From assembly GCA_963666315.2 (NCBI GenBank), contig CAXXHG010000043.1, positions 384,001 to 448,000 of the forward strand: a stretch of 64,000 bases of DNA, read 5' to 3'. The notes under the pieces were generated by a model, which was not told where the DNA came from, ran no database searches, and was given only the letters and a program-made list of their open reading frames with translations. The translations under genes were made by a program, and so were the position numbers. Positions 8,865-18,564 of the stretch are shown here, one piece after another (position 1 is the first letter of the stretch; every line of letters begins with the position of its first letter). Source of the DNA: Candidatus Binatia bacterium. Lineage in GTDB: Bacteria; Desulfobacterota; Binatia; Bin18.

Positions 8865-9270
8865 GTGGCTTTGATGAACGGGACCGAAGTCGATGTGGTG
8901 CCCCTACCCTCCCTATACCGGCGGCTTGGTCCGGACGATGTGCGCCCTTTGTATCCGTTTGCACGTGATTTTGTTCTTCAGCTCCGTCTTGAAAAGGAGC
9001 TGCACGAGGACTGTCGCGTAGAGACCACGTTCCGATGGATACCGTTGACAGGCGGCAGCTTTAATGTCAGTCCGATGACCGCAAGAGCGCGTTACTCGAT
9101 CCTGCGCATACGCGGAACGCTGTTCGATGTTTTTACGATTCTTCTGCTGTTGACTGGAAGCTAGGATTAATCGACAAGGTCTTGTTCTGCCCTAATCGCG
9201 ACACACTATTTGTGAGACGAGGCAAGCAGAAGTACTGTACCCCTCGCTGCACACAGCACGCGGCAGGCCC
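8865..9270 (+). pseudogene. Degraded mobile-element gene ending in a CGNR-like zinc-finger remnant
   Basis: LFCPN...LFVRRGKQKYCTPRC in a broken frame after ORF 8865-9164. Confidence 0.4.
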
Positions 9271-9525
9271 ACGCGATTTCCAGGCCGCAGCCTGGGGGGG
9301 AATGGAGAGGACAACCCGATGTCCCGTAACCCCCAGAGAATCAAGGCTTTTCGCCTATTTTCGGCGGGTTACGAAACTCATAGTGTGGGTATTGGTAAAC
9401 AGCAATTGTTCACCGTCGAACGCGCAGAAGTCAGTGAGCGTTCCACCGTTGTCGATGTTAATGAGTCTTCCCACGGATTGTCTTCCTATTGAGAGACGAA
9501 ATGTACGCCTTGGCTACAAGGCGCG

Positions 9526-10335
9526 TTATGCGCTTTCAATGTCGTCGTAATCTCCATGGCGCCCTTTGCCACTGCTGAACCGCGCGGCGCCAGCGAGGCC
9601 TTCGGTCTCGACGATGTCGATGCTATTTCCCCATTCGGTACGCAGTGCATCGGCGACCGGCAAGCCATGCTGCCGATAGACCGAGCGACGGTCTGCTCGC
9701 ACGCATTCCTGCGGAAAGCGTGCAATCTCGTGGGCGAGTGCCTCGGCCGACTCTCGCGAGCTACCGTCAGCGACCACCTGTTCGCAGGCGCCGATGCGCA
9801 GACACTCGTCAGATGGGACTTTCCGTCCGGTCATGATGATTTCGAGCGCACGTCCCTGGCCGACCAGTCGGGGCAGGCGCACGGTACCGCCGTCGAGCAG
9901 GGGAACCCCCCAGCGTCGACAGTAGACACCAAAATAGGCGCTCTGTTCCATCACGCGGATATCGCACCACAACGCCAGCTCGAAGCCGCCCGCGACGGCC
10001 GGGCCCGCCACCGCAGCAATCACCGGTTTCGACAAGTCAAGCCGTGTCGGTCCTATGGCACCGCGTGGCGGCTTACTTCCATCCGCCGGAAAGTCGAGTT
10101 CACGGAGCGGTTTTGCGCTCCCTTTGAGCGCGCTCGCATACTTCAGATCCCATCCGGCGCAGAACGCACCGCCTTCCCCCCAGAGAACGGCCACGCTGGA
10201 ATCCGGATCAGCATCGAAACGCTCGAATGCCTCCACCAATGCATCCGCACTGTCAGGGTCCATTGCGTTGCGGGCTTCGAAGCGGCTGTGAATTACTGTC
10301 GTCACTGCACCATTTCTTTCAATGCGTACACTCAT
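9526..10335 (-). CDS. Enoyl-CoA hydratase/crotonase family protein
   Basis: FCAGWDLK, KPVIAAVAGPAVAGGFELALWCD, GVPLLDGGTVRLPRLVG; AAGGAG RBS before ATG at 10335. Confidence 0.93.
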   Translation of the reverse strand: MSVRIERNGAVTTVIHSRFEARNAMDPDSADALVEAFERFDADPDSSVAVLWGEGGAFCAGWDLKYASALKGSAKPLRELDFPADGSKPPRGAIGPTRLDLSKPVIAAVAGPAVAGGFELALWCDIRVMEQSAYFGVYCRRWGVPLLDGGTVRLPRLVGQGRALEIIMTGRKVPSDECLRIGACEQVVADGSSRESAEALAHEIARFPQECVRADRRSVYRQHGLPVADALRTEWGNSIDIVETEGLAGAARFSSGKGRHGDYDDIESA

Positions 10336-10466
10336 CTCGATCTCCTTAATCGTTCGGGCTGGCCAGAAGAGGCACGGGGGGTGCTTGTCGAATTGGGTAT
10401 CCAATACTCCAAGGAGGCTTTTGTTCAGGCCATTGGGAACAATGACTCTACCAAGCGTGTCTTATG

Positions 10467-11558
10467 CTACACAAGATATTTCGCTACTGCGTGCTCATCC
10501 CATGCGAGGCCTGTCCCCGGTGTGGAGGTGGGCAGAATCTTGCCAGCTTCAATAACAGTCGGTTCTTGGAGAAAGGGATCCGCCCAGTCCATATACTCCA
10601 GCCAATGCCGCGTTGGCGTTACTGCGAGCAAGTGAGCGCTGATTTCTGGGTAGAGATGTGACGAGATAGGAATGCCGCTGGGCCCAGCCAAGGCAATCGC
10701 TCGCAGCCAGCCTGAGACGCCGCCGATTTTATTTGCATCCGGCATGAGGAAGTCCCCAGCCCCGGCAGCGATTGCCTTGGCCATGTCATGCGGTCCCCAA
10801 AAGTTCTCTCCAAGCTGAATGGGCGTTTGAGTGGATTGGCGAATGAGGGCATAGCCTGCGTAATCGTCCGCGCGGGTGGGCTCTTCGATCCAACACAGCC
10901 CCTCACCGTCAAGTGCTTGGGCCCTTTGCATGGCCTCAGGAACGGACAAAGACTGATTGTAGTCCGACATCAAGGCGATGTTATCGGGAATCGCGTTGCG
11001 GACTGCGCGCACCACCTCAACATCTGTTTTTACATCCGGATAGCCCAGTCTGACTTTGATGGCTTTGAAGCCTGGCTCAACAAGCGCTCTCGCTTCATCG
11101 CCGGCTCGTTCGGCACCGATAATTCCCAAACCCGTACTGTTGTAAGCCGGAATCGGTTGGGCTTTTCCTCCAAGCAGCTGAACCAAAGGAAGTCCAGCTG
11201 CTTTTGCGCATGCATCCCAGGCCGCGCTATCGATACCGGCGGCTGCCATGGCAGTAAAACCCTGTGGGCCGAGCAAACGAAAGGCTCGTTGTAATTTTTC
11301 TTCTAGGGCGAGCGGGGCAACTACTTCACCGTTGATGAGGTCGCCCAGATTGTGCAGCAGCTTGACGAGAGGTTCAAGGACAAACGCGGCATAGCAGAAG
11401 ATATAGCCACAGCCGGTAATGCCTTCCTCCGTCTCAAGATCGACCAGTACAAGCGGGACCCGAGCGACTGATCCACCCCCCGTTTGTATTGGTCTCGTCA
11501 TGGGCAGGCTGAGTGCACGGGCACGTAAAGAACGGACTGTGAGGACATGCCTGGGCAT
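10467..11558 (-). CDS. Mandelate racemase / enolase superfamily enzyme
   Basis: KAIKVRLG, DYNQ, WIEEP, QLGEN, PDANKIGG, SSHL motifs. Confidence 0.9.
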   Translation of the reverse strand: MPRHVLTVRSLRARALSLPMTRPIQTGGGSVARVPLVLVDLETEEGITGCGYIFCYAAFVLEPLVKLLHNLGDLINGEVVAPLALEEKLQRAFRLLGPQGFTAMAAAGIDSAAWDACAKAAGLPLVQLLGGKAQPIPAYNSTGLGIIGAERAGDEARALVEPGFKAIKVRLGYPDVKTDVEVVRAVRNAIPDNIALMSDYNQSLSVPEAMQRAQALDGEGLCWIEEPTRADDYAGYALIRQSTQTPIQLGENFWGPHDMAKAIAAGAGDFLMPDANKIGGVSGWLRAIALAGPSGIPISSHLYPEISAHLLAVTPTRHWLEYMDWADPFLQEPTVIEAGKILPTSTPGTGLAWDEHAVAKYLV

Positions 11559-11810
11559 GGATTCCCCTCTCTCCCAGTGAGCAGGTGAATGCAGAGTATA
11601 GCCAATGCGCTGAGAGGGTCAAGCAGGAAGGCGAGAAGTTGCTTACTATCCAGGAAGTTGTTCCCTCGGTTATTGGGAGGGTAGCAGACAGTCCTCCGGA
11701 CCGTACCAAGGTTACTGCTGTGTCCAGTTTATTTTCTTGCATCATATGACCTCCCCGTTCTGACGTGTCATAGGACACATACTACTCTCAACAGTTATAC
11801 CCTTTACTAG

Positions 11811-11839
11811 TTGACAGTTCAAGAGTGTCACGGTACGCT
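11811..11839 (+). promoter_or_regulatory. Sigma70 promoter for xre-int
   Basis: TTGACA-17 nt-TACGCT; TGAC..GTCA palindromes nearby (TGACGTGTCA 11761-11770). Confidence 0.6.
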
Positions 11840-11862
11840 TCTCATGTGTGGAGGTCATCATA

Positions 11863-12609
11863 GTGAGACGCAGAGTATCACGGCCACTTGGAGGAATACT
11901 TGGCGCTGCGATCCGCGAAGCACGAGAGACAAGACGGTTGCGTCAAGATGACCTTGCAGCGGTTGCACGAGAGGTTGGACTTCCTTGGACACGGGTGACT
12001 GTGGCAGCCATCGAAATTGGTCGCCGCAGGCTCACTCTCGATGAATTTCTGCTACTACCTGCTGTTCTGAATTTCACCGAGCTGGCCGAGCTTTTTCCAA
12101 TGGACTCGTGGGTTGGCCTTACGAAGGAAACAAGCGTACACAGCACAGAGCTGAAATACATTCTCTCGGGGAAAGCCGGGAAAGGTCATCCCGGAAATTA
12201 TGACACGCCAGCGCAGCGTAAGCTCCAAAATGAATTCCCCAGACAACAGATAAGGGACATCGTTCAAGGGACAGTCATCCCAAAGGTTGTGGAAGTGATA
12301 CGACGCGTGTGGCCAGAGGTAGAAAGTGGCGGCAATGAGTTCCTTATTCAATGTGAGATGGAAGCCAAGAGGGATGCCGAGCAGAAGGCCGCACGAAGAT
12401 TGCACGTGTCGCCCTTTGAGGTCGCCCTGGCGGCGCAGAAGTTGTGGGGGCGTTCGTTGACGGCGGAACGAGACCGGCAGGTCGCGTTTCGAGAGACCGA
12501 CGCGGCGGCAACAGGCAGACGCCGTGCCATCAGGGGCCATGTGACGAGGTTACTTGTTGAAGAGATCAGGCCGCTGGTAACAGGTGCATGTGAGGCTGAC
12601 GAGGGGTAA
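11863..12609 (+). CDS. XRE-family HTH regulator of the integrative element
   Basis: IREARETRRLRQDDLA...WTRVTVAAIEIGRRRLTLDE; GGAGGT RBS before GTG 11863. Confidence 0.8.
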   Translation: MRRRVSRPLGGILGAAIREARETRRLRQDDLAAVAREVGLPWTRVTVAAIEIGRRRLTLDEFLLLPAVLNFTELAELFPMDSWVGLTKETSVHSTELKYILSGKAGKGHPGNYDTPAQRKLQNEFPRQQIRDIVQGTVIPKVVEVIRRVWPEVESGGNEFLIQCEMEAKRDAEQKAARRLHVSPFEVALAAQKLWGRSLTAERDRQVAFRETDAAATGRRRAIRGHVTRLLVEEIRPLVTGACEADEG

Positions 12610-12640
12610 ACAGGGAATCACAAGGCGCAGAGGACTAAAT

Positions 12641-13725
12641 ATGCCTAAATACAGATATGGCGCAGTCAGAGTGTATCGGCGTGGCAAGACTTGGTGGATC
12701 GATTATTACCATGATGGCAATCGTGTCCGCGAATCAGCGGACACGTGTGACAAAAGTGAGGCACGGCGTTTGTTGCAAGAGCGGATGGGGCAAATAGCCG
12801 AGGGACGCTATGGGGGTCCACGAGCGGATCGGGTAACTCTGGTGGACTTGGCAAGAGGTCTTCTCGACGATTACAAGACGAATGGAAGAAAGACTCTGAG
12901 TGACGTGAAAATCCGTATCAATCTGAATTTGTTTCCATTTTTTGGAAAGCGACGGCGAGCCCAATCACTTACATCCACCGATGTGCGTTCCTACATTTCA
13001 GAAAGACAGGTAACCGGGAGTTAGCCGCCCTGAAACGAATGTATAATCTCGCCCTTCAAGAGGCGATAATTAACAGGAAACCCTATATCCCTAGTCTTGA
13101 CGAAAACACGGCGAGAAAAGGCTTTTTCGAGAGGCATGAATTTCTGTCGATGTTGTCGAAGCTGCCCGAGTATCTACGACCATCCTTCATGTTCGCGTAT
13201 CAGTTCGGCTGGAGGATAAGAAGTGAGGTATTCCCACTACGCTGGGAGCAAATTGATCTGCATACCTGCACGGTCCGTTTGGAGGTAGGGATCACGAAAA
13301 GCAAAGATGGAAGACTTATATACCTGACAAACGAACTTCGTGCCGTGTTTAGTGCCTATTGGGAACAACATCTCAGGTCTTCCCCGGGGTGCCCCTGGGT
13401 TTTTCACCGTAGTGGTAAACGTATATTCACGTGCTACAAGGCATGGCACAGGGCTTGTCGGGAAGCCGGGCTGATTGATAGGATACCACACGATTTTAGG
13501 CGGACCGCTGTGAGGAATATGGTAAGGAGCGGAATCCCTGAGAGAGTGGCTATTCAAGTGGCCGGACACAAAACGCGGTCTGTGTCTGATCGGTATCATA
13601 TCGTATCGGATATCGACCTCCAGGAAGCAGCAACACGAATGGAATCGTGTAATTCACCAGTCTTGGACACAAATTTGGTCACAGGAACCCCGTTCGCGTT
13701 AGGGGAAACCAACGTAAGTCACTAA
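12641..13725 (+). pseudogene. Tyrosine integrase, split by a small deletion/frameshift near 13010
   Basis: N-terminal arm-binding region WWIDYYHDG; NRELAALKRM resumes in another frame; catalytic R (GWR), K, HDFRR, GHK and Y present. Confidence 0.88.
13663..13682 (+). promoter_or_regulatory. Putative integrase arm-type sites (right end)
   Basis: TTGGACAC and TTGGTCAC at 12-bp period. Confidence 0.65.
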
Positions 13726-13737
13726 TTTCATTAACGT

Positions 13738-13811
13738 GCCCTCGTAGCTCAGGAGGATAGAGCACCGGATTCCTAATCCGGGGGTCGTGCGTTCGAATCG
13801 CGCCGGGGGCA
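13738..13811 (+). tRNA. tRNA-Arg (anticodon CCT), CCA not encoded
   Basis: Cloverleaf: GCCCTCG/CGGGGGC acceptor, GCTC/GAGC D-stem, CCGGA-TTCCTAA-TCCGG anticodon arm, GTTCGAAT T-loop. Confidence 0.96.
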
Positions 13812-13924
13812 TGTCCTTTCTTTTCAATATCTTATGCAATTTCATAGGTTTTCCAGCTATCTAGAGCAACCCAGTTTGTTGTCCAGTTTGTCTCACCAGT
13901 CCGGTTTATCCAGCTATAACTATG

Positions 13925-13950
13925 AAAAAGGGGCCTGGAAATCCAGGCCC
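13925..13950 (-). terminator. Intrinsic terminator downstream of glmS
   Basis: GGGCCTGG-AAAT-CCAGGCCC with a T-run on the minus strand. Confidence 0.75.
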
Positions 13951-13998
13951 TCTCTTAATCCTGCTTTTGCTTGGATAAGTTGAATGTGAGCTACGCTG

Positions 13999-15828
13999 CT
14001 ATTCTACCGTTACACTTTTTGCCAGATTACGCGGCTGATCAACGTCGGTCCCACGGTAAATGGCAACATGATAGGCTAAGAGCTGGAGCGGGATGCTGAG
14101 CAGAATCGGCATGAGCAGGTGGTTGGTCTTCGGGACTTGGATGATCTCCCAGGCAATCTCTTCAAGCTCAGGAGAAGGAGCGTCGGTCAGTGCAATAACA
14201 CGTCCCCCCCGTGCCTCGACCTCTTTCATATTGCTCAGTGTTTTTTCGTACACGGGATCTTTTGGTATAAGTACGACAACGGGCATTTGCTCATCTATGA
14301 GCGCGATCGGACCGTGCTTCATCTCGCCGGCGGGGTAGCCCTCGGCGTGGATGTAGGAAATTTCCTTGAGTTTGAGTGCTCCCTCGAGCGCAATGGGATA
14401 ATTCACCCCCCGTCCGAGATACAAGAAATCGCTGGCATGGCCATATTTTTTGGCAATTTTTCCAATGGCTTTGGCCTTGGTCAGGGCCTCTTGGACAAGC
14501 GATGGTAGATTGACGATATCTTCGATGAGTTTGCGGCTTTGGTCTTTATTCAAGACACCCCGACGTTGGCCAAGATGTACGGCTAAGAGATAGAGCGCTG
14601 TCAGCTGGGTCGTAAACGCCTTGGTTGAGGCAACGCTGATCTCCGGTCCCGCGTGTGTATACATGACCATGTCAGCCTTGCGCGTAATGGACGAATCGAC
14701 CACGTTGCAGACGGTGAGGGTAGTGGCCCCTTTGGCTATGCCGGTTTCGAGTGCAGCCAGGGTATCCGCAGTCTCACCCGACTGGGACACGGCAAGCAGC
14801 AAGGTGTCTCTGTCGAGCGGGGTATGGCGATAGCGAAACTCGCTACCATAGTCCACTTCTGTCGGTAGGGCTGCCAGCTCTTCAAATAGGAATTTTCCGA
14901 CCAAACACGAATGCCAGGCTGTTCCACATGCGACTAGGGTCGCCCGTTTTACCGCATCGAGTAAGGGCAGATGCTGGTCGAGTTCGCCCAGAGTGATTTC
15001 GCCCGACTCCTCCAAGATACGGCCCCGCATGGTGTCGATAATAGCTTGCGGTTGTTCGTAGATTTCCTTGAGCAGAAAATGCTTATAGCCGCTTTTTTGA
15101 GCGGTAATGGGATCCCAGGTGATTTGCCGCGGGGCGCGCTCGATCGGCTGCCCAGAGAAATCTGAGATCGACACGTTTGTGCAACTTACCTCAGCCATCT
15201 CACCGTCGTCGAGAAATACGACCTGGCGCGTATAGTCGAGAAGCGCGGGTACATCGGAAGCAATAAAATTCTCACCTTTGCCTAAACCGATGACAATGGG
15301 TGTGGCATTTTTTGCTGTGAGAATGGTGCCAGGATTTTTCTCACTCAGGACGACGATGGCAAACGAGCCAGACAGATGTCGGAGAGCCGTCCGGGTGGCT
15401 TCTGAGAATGACATGCCTTCTTGGAGGTATTGATCAATCAGGTGCGAGATAACTTCGGTATCGGTCTCTGAGCTAAACGTCCGCCCTTTTTCCATCAAGG
15501 CATGCCGCAGGTCGAGATAGTTCTCGATAATGCCGTTATGGATCACGACAACGTCTCCGGCCCGATGCGGGTGGGCGTTCTCCTCAGACGGAGGGCCATG
15601 GGTTGCCCAGCGAGTATGGCCTATCCCAATGCAGCCAGGCAGAGGTTCTTCCTGCAACAGCTGATTGAGGTTGTTCAGCTTGCCCACCGCCCGGCGGATA
15701 GAAATGTGTCCATTTGTGAAAGCGGCGATGCCGGCGGAGTCATAGCCTCGATACTCGAGCCGCTTCAGCCCCTGAAAGAGTAGTGGGGCTGCTTCACGCT
15801 GACCAACATAACCCATGATGCCGCACAT
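13999..15828 (-). CDS. glmS: Glutamine-fructose-6-phosphate aminotransferase
   Basis: MCGI N-terminus, GHTRWATHG, SQSGETADT, PRNLAKSVTVE C-terminus. Confidence 0.98.
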   Translation of the reverse strand: MCGIMGYVGQREAAPLLFQGLKRLEYRGYDSAGIAAFTNGHISIRRAVGKLNNLNQLLQEEPLPGCIGIGHTRWATHGPPSEENAHPHRAGDVVVIHNGIIENYLDLRHALMEKGRTFSSETDTEVISHLIDQYLQEGMSFSEATRTALRHLSGSFAIVVLSEKNPGTILTAKNATPIVIGLGKGENFIASDVPALLDYTRQVVFLDDGEMAEVSCTNVSISDFSGQPIERAPRQITWDPITAQKSGYKHFLLKEIYEQPQAIIDTMRGRILEESGEITLGELDQHLPLLDAVKRATLVACGTAWHSCLVGKFLFEELAALPTEVDYGSEFRYRHTPLDRDTLLLAVSQSGETADTLAALETGIAKGATTLTVCNVVDSSITRKADMVMYTHAGPEISVASTKAFTTQLTALYLLAVHLGQRRGVLNKDQSRKLIEDIVNLPSLVQEALTKAKAIGKIAKKYGHASDFLYLGRGVNYPIALEGALKLKEISYIHAEGYPAGEMKHGPIALIDEQMPVVVLIPKDPVYEKTLSNMKEVEARGGRVIALTDAPSPELEEIAWEIIQVPKTNHLLMPILLSIPLQLLAYHVAIYRGTDVDQPRNLAKSVTVE

Positions 15829-15885
15829 GATTGAGTCCTCTTCTGCGAAAGAATCGGGTGTGTGTTCTTACTGAGGGCAGCTGAA

Positions 15886-17316
15886 TTAGCTGTCCTGTTG
15901 TGATTCTTCTTTGGCGCGTTTGGCCGCCGTCCAGCCTGCACGTGTTTCTTCCTGACGCCGATTAAAGACAAGCGCCCCGGCTGGAACGTCGTGGCGGACC
16001 GTCGTGGCCGTGGCGATATAGACATCGTCGTTGATGGTAATCGGAGCGATCAAAGTCGTGTCCGAGCCGATCTGAACCCGATCCCCGATCTTGGTCTTAT
16101 GCTTACGGAAGCCGTCATAGTTGCAGGTGATGGTTCCCGCCCCTATATTGGTATCCTGGCCGACTTCGGTATCGCCGATATAGGCCAAGTGCTTCGCTTT
16201 TGTATGCTCGCCTATGGTAGATTTCTTGACTTCGACGAAATTCCCGATCTCCGCCCGTGGAGCCAGGAAGGCACTAGCGCGCATACGTGAAAACGGACCG
16301 GCCGAGGAATAATTGCTCAGCTCGCTGTCACGTAGGTCAACCGAGAAATAGATCTGGACATTATCCCCGATTGTACAATTTTCAATATACGCACTGCCGT
16401 CAATGCGGCAGTGTGATCCTATCGTCGTCTTGCCCTTGATATGGGTATTTGGACCAATGATCGTATCTTGGCCTATCGTGGCTTCGTCACTCAGGTATAC
16501 GGTCTGCGGGTCTTCAAATGTGACGCCAGCGTCCATCCACTGACGGCGGAGTTGTTCTTGGCGTGTTGTTTCCATACGAGCGAGCTCCTGTCGAGAGTTG
16601 ACGCCTTCGACTTCGTAAAAGTCTGGAGTGAGGACGACCCGAGTCGGGAGTCCGGCCTGGACGGCCGTCGCCACGATATCGGTCAAATAGTATTCACCTT
16701 GGGTGTTGGTCGGCTGCAGGCGGTCCAGGGCGGAAAAAAGAAAATCGGCGTGGACACAATAAATACCGGTATTGATTTCTTGGACGACAAGTTCTTGTTC
16801 CGATGCGTCACGGGCTTCAACAATCCGGTCCAGCTGTCCGTCTGCTTGCCGAATAACGCGCCCGTATTGAGCCGGATCTTCGAGCCGTGCGGTCAAGACT
16901 GACAGCGTGCTCTGCTGAGCCCGATGCTGTGCGACGAAGCGAGCCAGCGTTTGCGTCCTCAGGAGCGGGACGTCGCCGTAGACGATAAGAATATCACCCC
17001 GGAAGCTGTGAAACTGTTCCTGGGCCGCGCGCACGGCGTCTCCCGTGCCGCGCTGCTCGTGTTGGAGAGCGAAAAGAATATCGTCTCCGCCACAGACCTG
17101 CTGAACGACGTCGGCCTGATAACCGACCACCACCACAAGACGGCTCGCGTGGAGACGCTGGCTGGCCTGAATGACATGCGTGAGAAGCGGTTTCCCGGCC
17201 AAGCGATGCAGGACTTTGGCCTGGTTTGATCGCATGCGTGTGCCTTTGCCCGCAGCAAGAATAATAACCCCGAGTTGTGCTCTTGGTGGTGAGTTCGTCA
17301 CGTCAGTAGCGCTCAT
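15886..17316 (-). CDS. glmU: Bifunctional UDP-GlcNAc pyrophosphorylase / glucosamine-1-P acetyltransferase
   Basis: LAAGKGTRM, GNFVEVKK, NIGAGTITCNYDG, hexapeptide repeats; adjacent to glmS. Confidence 0.97.
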   Translation of the reverse strand: MSATDVTNSPPRAQLGVIILAAGKGTRMRSNQAKVLHRLAGKPLLTHVIQASQRLHASRLVVVVGYQADVVQQVCGGDDILFALQHEQRGTGDAVRAAQEQFHSFRGDILIVYGDVPLLRTQTLARFVAQHRAQQSTLSVLTARLEDPAQYGRVIRQADGQLDRIVEARDASEQELVVQEINTGIYCVHADFLFSALDRLQPTNTQGEYYLTDIVATAVQAGLPTRVVLTPDFYEVEGVNSRQELARMETTRQEQLRRQWMDAGVTFEDPQTVYLSDEATIGQDTIIGPNTHIKGKTTIGSHCRIDGSAYIENCTIGDNVQIYFSVDLRDSELSNYSSAGPFSRMRASAFLAPRAEIGNFVEVKKSTIGEHTKAKHLAYIGDTEVGQDTNIGAGTITCNYDGFRKHKTKIGDRVQIGSDTTLIAPITINDDVYIATATTVRHDVPAGALVFNRRQEETRAGWTAAKRAKEESQQDS

Positions 17317-17369
17317 CCCGAATGCATCCCTTATCTAGTGTACCGTCTAAAACGGCGAAATCGCAAAAA

Positions 17370-18476
17370 TTAATTATTGTTAGCCGCATGGAGCCGATCT
17401 GGGAGGTTTTCAAACCAGGGTAAGACCAGCGTTTCATTGATAGAGTAGGTATAGGCATGGCCCCAGTCCGGCAGCTCCGTATAGATGATGTTTGCAAACT
17501 CTTGTCCTTCTAAAAAGTCCCGTGCCATGCGGGCGGAAGATACCGGAAAAATAAAATCCTTGGCGCCGTGTACGATAAAAATCGGAAGTGCAGTTGCCCG
17601 TTTATAATCGAGTCGGGGGAGGAGGACGCCGGCAATGGGCGCAATACCGGCAAAGAGTTTTGGACAACTGATGCCGAGCGCGTACGAAAACGTACCGCCG
17701 TCAGAAAGCCCGCTGACCAAAATTCGGCTGGTGTTGACCGCATATTCGTCCATGACTTCTTCGAGCATGGCCAGGATAGAGCGGATATCCAGGCCGGGTT
17801 GCTGAATAGACCAGGTTTGGCCCAGCGACTTAGGCGAGAGGAGAATGAGTCCCTTGCTCTTGGCTATCCTCAGCCAGGTCAGCATATAATCGTCCCCTCG
17901 TCCATGACCACCGTGTAAGGTGACCACCAGCGGCCAGTGTTGGTCAGGGTCATAGTTCTCGGGAACATACAGCGAATATTCCGCATGTTTCTTGGTTTGG
18001 GGCCGATGCATGACGCCGGTCTGCACGCTGCTTCCTTCGACCGGCGTTTCTAGTTCCGCTAGACGAGGTAGATCCTCGGCAAGGAGCCAATACGGCTGAA
18101 TGGGTGCTAGCTCGGACCGCAGGTCATACAACAGATATTTGCCTAACGAAAACACACGCCGGCTCTGCATATAGGCAACAATAAAATTATGTGGAGAGCC
18201 GGTACGAAAGGATGTGTAGGCGTCTTCGAGATGTTCAAGGGCTTCGAGCCATTTTTTGTGAAACGCGTTTCGGTTCGGTGGGATCTCCAGTTTCTCAGTC
18301 TCGGAATTGATGGCGGAAAACAGATCTCCTACTTTCCCGACCAATTCTTCCTGATGCTCGTTGATTTTCCCAAGATGAATCTGTTCTTGGAGCGCTTCGA
18401 ACGTACGTAAGAACGACAGAATCTGCCCCGCATGCTGGGTAATAGTCTCTTGGTAATGGGTCTCAAGCGTCGCCAT
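17370..18476 (-). CDS. Phospholipase/carboxylesterase (alpha/beta hydrolase) with N-terminal helical extension
   Basis: YSLYVPENYD, LHGGHG, GLSDGG nucleophile, HGAKD, GHAY. Confidence 0.8.
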   Translation of the reverse strand: MATLETHYQETITQHAGQILSFLRTFEALQEQIHLGKINEHQEELVGKVGDLFSAINSETEKLEIPPNRNAFHKKWLEALEHLEDAYTSFRTGSPHNFIVAYMQSRRVFSLGKYLLYDLRSELAPIQPYWLLAEDLPRLAELETPVEGSSVQTGVMHRPQTKKHAEYSLYVPENYDPDQHWPLVVTLHGGHGRGDDYMLTWLRIAKSKGLILLSPKSLGQTWSIQQPGLDIRSILAMLEEVMDEYAVNTSRILVSGLSDGGTFSYALGISCPKLFAGIAPIAGVLLPRLDYKRATALPIFIVHGAKDFIFPVSSARMARDFLEGQEFANIIYTELPDWGHAYTYSINETLVLPWFENLPDRLHAANNN

Positions 18477-18564
18477 AGTCGGTCTCTTTCGATGCAGAGC
18501 GAAGCTAGCAGCTTGGCTTTTGCAGTTGCAAGGGGGAAGCCCGTATGCCAAGGTAAAGACGGGT

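Larger units (their letters stand above)
2279..13777. mobile_element. Integrative genomic island (~11.5 kb) in tRNA-Arg(CCT), reversed (5'-duplicating) orientation, partly decayed
   Basis: 43-bp flanking direct repeats, tyrosine integrase and XRE regulator at the right end, matching tandem TTGGNCAC sites near both ends, many gene fragments inside. Confidence 0.88.

Noticed and set aside
9556-10635. 359-aa plus-strand ORF
   Set aside because: Antisense shadow of the crotonase gene; no family motifs
13000-13040. Programmed frameshift in the integrase
   Set aside because: Several conserved residues before NRELAALK appear to be missing, which points to deletion or assembly error; no slippery site seen
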